DNA from: Tessaracoccus rhinocerotis
Lineage (GTDB): Bacteria; Actinomycetota; Actinomycetes; Propionibacteriales; Propionibacteriaceae
Assembly: GCF_007197885.1 (NCBI RefSeq)
Contig: NZ_VKKG01000001.1
Location: forward strand, 494,334 to 518,333
Direction of reading: 5' to 3'
Length of the DNA: 24,000 nucleotides
Part shown: positions 8,412-14,678 of the stretch, in pieces
Layout of the letters: every line of letters begins with the position of its first letter
How positions within the stretch are numbered: position 1 is the stretch's first letter
Program-made: the position numbers and the translations under genes
Notes under the pieces: generated by a model
The model's database searches: none
Told to the model about the DNA's origin: nothing
Seen by the model: the letters and a program-made list of their open reading frames with translations, nothing else

Positions 8412-9149
8412 TGCACAGTCATCGTCCACGTCCCCCACGACAAGGACCGGCCCACCCGAGTGCTCGCCGTCCGCGACGAGGACCCGGACCGGCCATGGCG
8501 GGCGCTCGGGGAGCACTGGTCCACCACGCACCCGGGCGTGATCGGGGTGCAGGACGCCCGGGCCGGCGGCGCGTGGCTGGCGGCGCTGCCGACTGAGGGG
8601 CGACTCGCGGTCCTGCTCAACGTCGGTGGGCCCGCGCCGCAACCCGGCCTGGCCTCCCGCGGCGAGGTGGTCCTCGACGCCGTGACCGACCGCGAGCCCG
8701 ACCCGGACCGCCGCACCCAGGCCTACAACCTCGTCACCGTCGCGGGCGCGCGCGTCACGCTCACCCTCTCCGACGGCGCCACACTGACCAGCAGCGAACT
8801 CGAGCCGGGTGTGCACATGCTGGTCAACAGCGAACTCCCCAACGACGAGTCGTTCACCCGGGTGCCGCGCTGGCTGCCCGAGTTCAGGGCGGCGGCACAG
8901 CGGGCCGACGCGGCCGCCGACGGGGACTGGTTCGGGCCCTGGTTCGAGGTGCTCGAACGCTCCGGGAGACTGCCCGCCACCGACGACGCGGCCATCATCC
9001 GGGACAACCGCCCCTACGGCATCCCCACGCTGTCCCTGCTGCTCTGCACGGCCACGGTCGATGCCGACGACGTGGCCGCCGACTACCTCGAGTTCGCCCG
9101 ACCGGGGGCATGGAGCACCCGATTTCCCATTTCGCCCGACAGCCAGTAA
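8409..9149 (+). CDS. NRDE / TANGO2-family protein (DUF833-like)
   Basis: Starts MCTVIV (the Cys2 typical of this family). It has a VRDED motif in place of NRDE, GVQDARAGGAWLA, and RLAVLLN. Confidence 0.72.
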   Translation: MCTVIVHVPHDKDRPTRVLAVRDEDPDRPWRALGEHWSTTHPGVIGVQDARAGGAWLAALPTEGRLAVLLNVGGPAPQPGLASRGEVVLDAVTDREPDPDRRTQAYNLVTVAGARVTLTLSDGATLTSSELEPGVHMLVNSELPNDESFTRVPRWLPEFRAAAQRADAAADGDWFGPWFEVLERSGRLPATDDAAIIRDNRPYGIPTLSLLLCTATVDADDVAADYLEFARPGAWSTRFPISPDSQ

Positions 9150-9170
9150 AGTTGCTTCTCGGCAAAGCAA

Positions 9171-9243
9171 GCACCACTAGCTCAACTGGCAGAGCAATTG
9201 ACTCTTAATCAATGGGTTCAGGGTTCGAGTCCCTGGTGGTGTA
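9171..9243 (+). tRNA. tRNA-Lys (anticodon CTT)
   Basis: Hand-folded 73-nt cloverleaf. Acceptor GCACCAC/GTGGTGT (G1-U72 wobble). D arm GCTC-AACTGGCA-GAGC. Anticodon arm ATTGA-CTCTTAA-TCAAT. T arm CAGGG-TTCGAGT-CCCTG. Discriminator A. CCA is not encoded. Confidence 0.9.
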
Positions 9244-10185
9244 CAAGTACTTGGCTGGCTGGCTCTCATCTCACGCGAGGTGAGGGCCAGTTGTCGTCTC
9301 AACGGGCTGTATGCACTATTTGGACTCCCTCCGTCAAGAGAGCGTTCGGCCTCCGCTCCCGGCTTCGGCTCAAGAGCCCCAGACGGAGGAGAACTGCCTC
9401 GGACAGTCCCCCAGAGACTTGCCGGTGCTGGGGGCTAACCTTCGACGTGTCCCCCGGAGAAGGTCTCCGCGGGCGGGAGGTCGAAGCATGGTTGAAACCC
9501 GAGGCTCAGGTGGACGCGCTGATGAGGAGCCGCTGGCGGACTTGGCCCGATCGTTCCGCATGCCCCAAGCTGTCCAGATTGCGGGGCGGACGTCAAGCAT
9601 CACCAACTCCTTCATCAACTCAATCATCCCGGTTGTTCCTCCCACCCCTGCTGAACTCCGCCAGGCGTTGACGATTCTCCACATGCTGGATGACGTTCGC
9701 TGCGCGTACTGCGGCGACACGTGGACAGAATGGGACCACCTCCGCCCGCTCGTGGTCAACAAGGAACCCACCGGATACATCTCCGAGATCCACAACCTCG
9801 TTCCCGCCTGCGGCAAGTGCAACCAGAGCAAAGGAAACAGGCACTGGCGCGAATGGATGTTCGGTCCCGCTGCCCTCTCGCCAAAGACCCGTGGGGTGCA
9901 GTTCCTGGAGGCCAAGGCTGAGAGGCTGGAGGCCTATGAGTCGTGGAAGCCACCAACACGTCTGGACTTCCCACAGCTTGTCGGGCGGGAGCTCTGGAAC
10001 AGCCATTGGACCAACTACCGCCGCATCATCGAGCTCATGCACGAAGCCCAACTGGTTGCCACCGACATCCGTTCCACGATCCGAGAGAACTACCTCCGCA
10101 ACTCGCACTGACACCTCACCAACACCCCCGCAGAGTCGGTCTGGGAGAACAAGCGGCATTCAGCAACCAACACTCGTCCGACGAG
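9244..10185. mobile_element. Putative horizontally acquired low-GC islet at the tRNA-Lys 3' end (no integrase or att repeat seen)
   Basis: Hand-counted 60-nt samples give 55-60% GC inside (9241-9360, 9601-9660, 9961-10020) against 70-72% in the flanks (8941-9000, 10321-10380). The HNH gene lacks the GC3 bias seen in neighbouring genes. Confidence 0.4.
9488..10111 (+). CDS. HNH endonuclease (zinc-ribbon type, solitary)
   Basis: Track ORF 9311..10111. ATG 9488 is preferred because GGGAGG (9475-9480) lies 7 nt upstream. HNH core: CAYCGDTWTEWDHLRPLV...EIHNLVPACGKCNQSKGNRHW (CxxC...DH...N...CxxCNxxK). ATG 9560 is an alternative start. Confidence 0.8.
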   Translation: MVETRGSGGRADEEPLADLARSFRMPQAVQIAGRTSSITNSFINSIIPVVPPTPAELRQALTILHMLDDVRCAYCGDTWTEWDHLRPLVVNKEPTGYISEIHNLVPACGKCNQSKGNRHWREWMFGPAALSPKTRGVQFLEAKAERLEAYESWKPPTRLDFPQLVGRELWNSHWTNYRRIIELMHEAQLVATDIRSTIRENYLRNSH

Positions 10186-11385
10186 ATGTCGGGGTTTCTT
10201 CGTGTTCTGGCAGGCTTGGCGGTGATGCCAGCACCTGCCCCCACCCACCCCATGCCAGTCAGCGTCCACGTCCTGCGGCACGTCTCGACGGTGTTGGTGC
10301 GGGCGGCGGCCGCTTCGGCAGTCGTCTTCCTGGTCGCGCTGCTCCTTGAGATGGCCCTCGACGACGGGCGCCTCGGGGCGGCGGGTGCCGCCCGGGCAGG
10401 GCTGGCGCGGTTCCTCGGGAACCTGTCTTTCACGGCTGGCGTCTGGGGCGTCGCCGTCGCCCTGGCGGCCGCGCAGGTCACCACCTACTTCCAGCACCGT
10501 GGCACCAGGAAGGTGCTGGACCGGATCGCACGCAGCCCCGATGCCCCTCGGGATCCTCCCGTCGCGTGGCAGCACGAGGCGGTCCGTCGGAAGCGGGCGG
10601 GTTTCGGGATGCAGCTGCTGGGTTTCCCGGTGGTCATCTTCTTCGGGTTCATCGGGGCCGTCGGCTTCTTCGTCGCCGACGAGGAGCCCGAGAACCTGTT
10701 CGCCTGGGCACTCGGCCTCAGCAGTCCGATCCTGGTGGGCCTCGGCGTCTGGATGATCGTCGCCGGCAGCCGGAAGGTGAACGGCCCGGCGCACGACCGG
10801 TGGGCCGCGGCGCCCATGAGGCCCGCGAGCGGCACCCTCACCCCCGGCGACCGAGACCAACTCCGTGGCGCGCGCCCCGGCATCGGGCGGCTTGGGCGAC
10901 TGCTGGGCGTCCGCAGTGGGCTGCGCTGGGCCGCGGGCGCCACCGTCGGCCTCATCATCCTGCTCGTGGGCATCGAGCTGCCGGCGCCGGCCGTCTGGGC
11001 CGTCGTGGTCATCGGGGTACTGCTGCTCGCGATGGCGGCCATTGACGTCGCACTCTCGTGGCTGCTCAGGCCGACGCTCCTGCGGGAGGCAGCCGACCCC
11101 GACTCGCCGGCTCCCGCGCCTTCGCTGCTGCGCGTGGCGACGTCGCAGGATGTGCCCTGGCAGTCGGCGCTCGACTGGCTGTTCGCCGCTTCGGTCGCGC
11201 TGCTGGTGGTGGGCGTCGCCGGGATCCGCACCGGACCCGAGTACCCACTCAGCGACGTGTACCAACTCTTCCAGCTGGCAGCCACGGCCGGTGGCGTGGG
11301 GCTGCTCTTCCACACCTCGGGCACGTTCTCGAACCGGTCACGGATCCGGGACGAGAACGAGTTCCTGAGCCGGCGCTGGGACTAG
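10186..11385 (+). CDS. Hypothetical polytopic membrane protein (about 8 TM)
   Basis: 3' part of track ORF 9943..11385. It has high GC3 and multiple hydrophobic segments (AVVFLVALLL, VWGVAVALAAA, LLGFPVVIFFGFIGAVGFFV, ILVGLGVWMIVAG, VGLIILLVGI, VVIGVLLLAMAAI, ASVALLVVGVAGI, ATAGGVGLLF). I recognise no family. The start is ambiguous: ATG 10186, 10225 or 10252. Confidence 0.6.
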   Translation: MSGFLRVLAGLAVMPAPAPTHPMPVSVHVLRHVSTVLVRAAAASAVVFLVALLLEMALDDGRLGAAGAARAGLARFLGNLSFTAGVWGVAVALAAAQVTTYFQHRGTRKVLDRIARSPDAPRDPPVAWQHEAVRRKRAGFGMQLLGFPVVIFFGFIGAVGFFVADEEPENLFAWALGLSSPILVGLGVWMIVAGSRKVNGPAHDRWAAAPMRPASGTLTPGDRDQLRGARPGIGRLGRLLGVRSGLRWAAGATVGLIILLVGIELPAPAVWAVVVIGVLLLAMAAIDVALSWLLRPTLLREAADPDSPAPAPSLLRVATSQDVPWQSALDWLFAASVALLVVGVAGIRTGPEYPLSDVYQLFQLAATAGGVGLLFHTSGTFSNRSRIRDENEFLSRRWD

Positions 11386-11705
11386 AGGTAGAGCCCGGTG
11401 CCGCCGTCGGAGTCGCCCTCGGAGGCGACGGCGTGGATGTCACGCTCCCGCAGCAGCACGTAGGTGCGGCTGTGGAGCTCCACCTCCGCGCGCTCCTCGG
11501 GGTCGAACAGGACCCGGTCACCGGTCTCGACGGCGCGCACGTTCGGTCCGGCCGCCACCACCTTCGCCCAGGAGAGCTTGCGTCCCATCTGGACGGTCGC
11601 AGGGATCAGGATCCCGCCACCGCTGCGCCGCTCCGAGGCCGCGGCGTCAACGTCGACCAGAACCCTGTCGTGCAGCATGCGGATCGGCAGGCTGCCCTCG
11701 CTCAC
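11382..11705 (-). CDS. GroES/Cpn10-fold family protein (divergent paralogue with C-terminal GLYL tail)
   Basis: LPIRMLHDRVLVDV, SGGGILIP, AKVVAAGPN, GDRVLF and RDIHAV follow the GroES layout. The GTG start overlaps the upstream gene's TGA (GTGA at 11702-11705). Confidence 0.7.
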   Translation of the reverse strand: MSEGSLPIRMLHDRVLVDVDAAASERRSGGGILIPATVQMGRKLSWAKVVAAGPNVRAVETGDRVLFDPEERAEVELHSRTYVLLRERDIHAVASEGDSDGGTGLYL

Positions 11706-12043
11706 CTGGTAGCTTCCAGGGCCTTGCGGACCTGCGCCTGCACGCTCCTGGTCCGACGGCCGGCGACCACGTTCAGCGTCACCGCGAACACCACCACCCC
11801 GAGGACCGCTCCCCCGATGGCCAGGAGCCGGTCGGTGCGCCAGCCGTTGGCGTCCTTCACCTGTGCCTTGGCTGCCTTGAACTCGTCAGCGACGAAGCCC
11901 TTGGCCTCGTCGATGCCGCGCTTGGCGATGTTCTTGGGGTGTACCTCCTCGACGAAGTCGCCCAGCGAGTCCGCCACCCTGGCACGATTCCTTGCGAGGT
12001 CCGCCCGAATCTCTGCCACCGGGCGCGCCTTCTTGCTGGCCAT
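11702..12043 (-). CDS. DUF3618-like protein with a C-terminal transmembrane anchor
   Basis: N-terminus VAEIRADLARNRARVADSLGDFVEEV is typical of DUF3618. There is a single TM, LLAIGGAVLGVVVFAVTLNVV. SD AAGGAG lies 5 nt upstream of the ATG. Confidence 0.65.
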   Translation of the reverse strand: MASKKARPVAEIRADLARNRARVADSLGDFVEEVHPKNIAKRGIDEAKGFVADEFKAAKAQVKDANGWRTDRLLAIGGAVLGVVVFAVTLNVVAGRRTRSVQAQVRKALEATR

Positions 12044-12080
12044 CGAATCTCCTTACGTCGATCCCCCTCAGCCTAGCCCC

Positions 12081-12086
12081 TAGGAT
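12081..12086 (+). promoter_or_regulatory. -10 element TAGGAT placed for a leaderless bcp transcript
   Basis: TAGGAT, then 6 nt (gggcgc), then ATG 12093. There is no SD. Confidence 0.45.
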
Positions 12087-12092
12087 GGGCGC

Positions 12093-12572
12093 ATGACTGC
12101 GCGCTTGACACAAGGCTCCAAGGCACCCGACCTGCGGCTGCCTGATTCGGAGGGCAACACCACCACGCTCGCCGACTACTCCGGTTCCTCACTCATCCTG
12201 TACTTCTACCCAGCGGCCATGACGCCCGGGTGCACCACGCAGGCCGTCGACTTCTCCGAGTCGCTGGACGCGCTGACAGACGCCGGCTACACCGTCGTGG
12301 GCGTGTCCCCGGACTCCGTCGAGCGGCTGGCGAAGTTCAAGGAGAAGTCCGACGTCGGGTTCACCCTCCTGTCGGACGCGGACAAGGAGGCCCTCAACGA
12401 CTACGGGGCCTACGGCACCAAGAAGCTCTACGGCAAGGAGATCGAGGGAGTGCTCCGCTCCACGTTCGTGATCGACGTCGACGAGTCGGGCGAGGGCACC
12501 GTTCGGGTTGCCCAGTACAACGTCAAGGCCACCGGACACGTCGCGAAGCTCCGTCGCGAACTGGGTGTCTGA
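12093..12572 (+). CDS. bcp: Thioredoxin-dependent thiol peroxidase (peroxiredoxin Bcp)
   Basis: YFYPAAMTPGCTTQA (peroxidatic Cys motif), GVSPDSVERLAKFKEK, and RSTFVID. Confidence 0.9.
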   Translation: MTARLTQGSKAPDLRLPDSEGNTTTLADYSGSSLILYFYPAAMTPGCTTQAVDFSESLDALTDAGYTVVGVSPDSVERLAKFKEKSDVGFTLLSDADKEALNDYGAYGTKKLYGKEIEGVLRSTFVIDVDESGEGTVRVAQYNVKATGHVAKLRRELGV

Positions 12573-13257
12573 CGGGTTCCTCACCATCGACGCCGCGCCC
12601 GGCCGCGGCGTCGACGTCGAGCTCGAGATCAAGCGCTCCCGCTTCCTGACCAGGCTGCGGCGGGTGGGCTCGGAGGATGAGGCCCGCGCGGTCGTCGAGG
12701 AGCGTCGCAGGGCGATGTTCGACGCCCGGCACCACTGCAGCGCCTTCGTGCTCGGCCCCGATGCCCGCACGGCACGCTCCTCCGACGACGGCGAACCCGC
12801 CGGCACCGCGGGCGTGCCGATGCTGGGGGTACTCAACAGCAATCGGCTCACCGACGTCGTCGCGGTGGTGACCCGCTACTTCGGTGGCATCAAGCTGGGC
12901 GCCGGCGGCCTGGTGCGTGCCTACTCCGACGCCGTCGCCCGCGCCGTCGCCGCGGTCGGGACCCGGCGGGTGGTGCGGTGCGACGTGCTGGCCGTCGAGG
13001 TCTCGGCGGCCGAGGCCGGCTCGGTGGAGTCGCAGCTGCGCGGCCTCGTGCTCCCCGACGGGACGCCCGTCACGGTCGACGGGGTGGACTGGGCCGAGCG
13101 CGCAACCATCAACCTCGCGGTGCCACGGCGGGGCCGTGAGGACTTCGACACCGCCCTCACGACCCTCTCCTCGGGAACCCTCACGGCCACTGTGGTGGCC
13201 GAGCGCTGGGTGGATCAGACCTCGCCGTCGGCGAGGAGCCGGTCCAGCTTGGCGTAG
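12565..13257 (+). CDS. YigZ / IMPACT family (UPF0029) protein
   Basis: EIKRSRFLT, ARHHCSAF, DDGEPAGTAG.PML and VTRYFGGIKLGAGGLVRAY. GTG 12565 was chosen; it overlaps the bcp stop by 8 nt. The longer track start at 12508 lies out of frame inside bcp. Confidence 0.8.
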   Translation: MSDGFLTIDAAPGRGVDVELEIKRSRFLTRLRRVGSEDEARAVVEERRRAMFDARHHCSAFVLGPDARTARSSDDGEPAGTAGVPMLGVLNSNRLTDVVAVVTRYFGGIKLGAGGLVRAYSDAVARAVAAVGTRRVVRCDVLAVEVSAAEAGSVESQLRGLVLPDGTPVTVDGVDWAERATINLAVPRRGREDFDTALTTLSSGTLTATVVAERWVDQTSPSARSRSSLA

Positions 13258-13703
13258 CCGTCGTTGACGCCCACCTCCATGCCCGAGGACAACCAGCCGT
13301 CGCGGGCCTCGAAGCTGTCGCACAGCGACTGCGCGTGCAGCCGCGTGATCCCGTCCCCGAGGTCCTCGAAGGTCAGCGTCTCCAGGGAGACCTGGTCCGG
13401 CATGGCCTCCCAGGTGAACGTCTGCACGATCCGGTCCTCGGAGACGGTGTGGAAGCAGCCGCGGAAGCCGTACTCCTCACCGCCGGACTCCGAGACGTAG
13501 CGCCAACTGCCACCGGTGCGGGCGTCCCACTCGATGACCCGACTGGTGATGGAGTCCGGCCCCACCCAGCGCATGAACAGGTCGGGGTCCGTGTGGGCCC
13601 TGACGAGCTGCGCCGGAGTGGCCCGGAAATCGCGCGTGGTCCTGATGATCGGTAGTTCCTTGTCGGCCTCGATCTGCGCCTCGGCCGTGGTCGTGGTGCT
13701 CAT
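13215..13703 (-). CDS. SRPBCC family protein (Aha1/activator of Hsp90 ATPase homologue domain)
   Basis: ATG 13703 overlaps the arsR-family stop (ATGA). Typical sequence: LPIIRTTRDFRATPAQLVRAHTDPDLFMRWVGP...WRYV...YGFRGCFHTV. The ArsR + SRPBCC pairing is common in Actinomycetota. Confidence 0.8.
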   Translation of the reverse strand: MSTTTTAEAQIEADKELPIIRTTRDFRATPAQLVRAHTDPDLFMRWVGPDSITSRVIEWDARTGGSWRYVSESGGEEYGFRGCFHTVSEDRIVQTFTWEAMPDQVSLETLTFEDLGDGITRLHAQSLCDSFEARDGWLSSGMEVGVNDGYAKLDRLLADGEV

Positions 13704-14047
13704 GACACCATTCCTTCCTGTTGGTGAGTCCCATCCATCTCTGCGAGCACGGCGTCGAGGCGCTGGTAGCGCTCCTCCGCCTGCCTGCGGTAGCGCTCGA
13801 TCCACTTGGTCATCAGGTCGAACACCTCTGCGTCCAGGTGCACCGGACGCCTCTGCGCCTCCCGGCTGCGGGTGACCAGGCCGGCCTCCTCGAGCACCTT
13901 CAGGTGCTTGGAGACCGCCTGGATGCTCACGTCGTAGGGCTCGGCGAGCTCGCTCACGGTCGCGTCCGCGACGGTCAGCCGTGCGACGATGTCTCGCCGC
14001 GTGGGATCCGCAAGTGCCGCGAATACCCTGCTCAACTCGTCCGCCAT
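13700..14047 (-). CDS. ArsR/SmtB family transcriptional regulator
   Basis: VFAALADPTRRDIVARL...TVSELAEPYDVSIQAVSKHLKVLEEAGLV (winged HTH). ATG 14047 is preferred because SD GAGGGAG lies 5 nt upstream, and the operator palindrome would otherwise fall inside the coding sequence. Confidence 0.85.
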   Translation of the reverse strand: MADELSRVFAALADPTRRDIVARLTVADATVSELAEPYDVSIQAVSKHLKVLEEAGLVTRSREAQRRPVHLDAEVFDLMTKWIERYRRQAEERYQRLDAVLAEMDGTHQQEGMVS

Positions 14048-14062
14048 GACCACTCCCTCGTC

Positions 14063-14082
14063 GTCAACCGTTTGGTTGAACA
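14063..14082. promoter_or_regulatory. Putative ArsR-family operator, copy 1
   Basis: GTCAACCgTTTGGTTGAACA. Arms TCAACC/GGTTGA form a 6-bp inverted repeat with a 4-nt spacer, 16 nt upstream of the arsR-family ATG. Confidence 0.55.
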
Positions 14083-14109
14083 CCATCCTGCGCCAGAGCC
14101 TCCCAGATT

Positions 14110-14129
14110 GTCAACCCTTTGGTTGAACA
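14110..14129. promoter_or_regulatory. Putative ArsR-family operator, copy 2
   Basis: GTCAACCcTTTGGTTGAACA, matching copy 1 at 19 of 20 positions and lying 47 bp away from it, upstream of the DUF6328 gene. Confidence 0.55.
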
Positions 14130-14153
14130 AGCTTTTGGGGCAGCACGTCCGAG

Positions 14154-14159
14154 TAGGAT
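14154..14159 (+). promoter_or_regulatory. -10 element TAGGAT placed for a leaderless DUF6328 transcript
   Basis: TAGGAT, then 6 nt (cgcagg), then ATG 14166. This is the same geometry as at bcp. Confidence 0.45.
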
Positions 14160-14165
14160 CGCAGG

Positions 14166-14678
14166 ATGTCCGACGACCGGCCCACCGGCCCTGCCCGGCG
14201 CCACGAGACGCCGGGTGAGCGCCTCGACCGCAACTGGGGTGAACTCCTGCAGGAGTTCCGCGTGGCCCAGACCGGGATCCAGATCCTGTTCGGATTCCTG
14301 CTGATCCTCCCCTTCCAGGCTGGCTTCTCCGAACTCAACGCCGACCAGCGGAGGATCTACCTGCTGGTCTTCGCCTGCATGACGGTGTCAACGGTTTGCA
14401 TCCTGGCCCCCGTGGCCGCCCACCGGTTGCTCTTCCGCAAACAGCTCAAGGACGAGCTGGTGAAATTCGGCGGGCGGCTGGCGAAGACGGCGCTGGCGTT
14501 CCTGGCCGGTGCCTTCACGGGCGCCGTCGGACTCATCGTCAGCATCGTCGTCGGCCCTGTCTCCGCATGGGTCAGCGCGGGCGCGACGCTGGCGGTCATC
14601 GTGGTGCTCTGGTTGGCCATTCCGCTGACAGCACTCAGGACCGCTGCCGAGTCCTCGCAGTCGCGAGCAGAAGGATGA
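14166..14678 (+). CDS. DUF6328-family membrane protein
   Basis: ERLDRNWGELLQEFRVAQTGIQILFGFLLILPFQAGF, followed by further TM segments. Confidence 0.7.
   Translation: MSDDRPTGPARRHETPGERLDRNWGELLQEFRVAQTGIQILFGFLLILPFQAGFSELNADQRRIYLLVFACMTVSTVCILAPVAAHRLLFRKQLKDELVKFGGRLAKTALAFLAGAFTGAVGLIVSIVVGPVSAWVSAGATLAVIVVLWLAIPLTALRTAAESSQSRAEG

Noticed and set aside
6832-8716. 569-aa plus ORF (6832..8541), 400-aa minus ORF (7514..8716) and 328-aa plus ORF (7610..8596)
   Set aside because: All overlap coaBC or the permease and NRDE genes in the wrong frame or strand. Their composition is dominated by R/G/A/P, whereas coaBC in its own frame has unmistakable family motifs.
9198-9915. 157-aa plus ORF starting inside tRNA-Lys, 181-aa minus ORF antisense to the HNH gene, and the 5' extension (9311-9487) of the HNH ORF
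   Set aside because: The first begins within the tRNA gene. None has an SD or coding-like periodicity. The HNH frame has a strong SD only at 9475-9480.
11203-11211. CTGGTGGTG matching the tRNA-Lys 3' acceptor region, considered as a possible attR for a larger island (also near 7090)
   Set aside because: It is a 9-nt match only, lying in coding sequence for Leu-Val-Val-Gly runs. It recurs in an unrelated gene and has no flanking similarity to the tRNA. It is consistent with chance in GC-rich membrane-protein genes.
10090-11313. 407-aa minus ORF and several other frames across 10.1-11.4 kb
   Set aside because: It is antisense to the polytopic membrane ORF and is charged and low-complexity. 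The plus-strand frame shows regular TM periodicity and GC3 bias.
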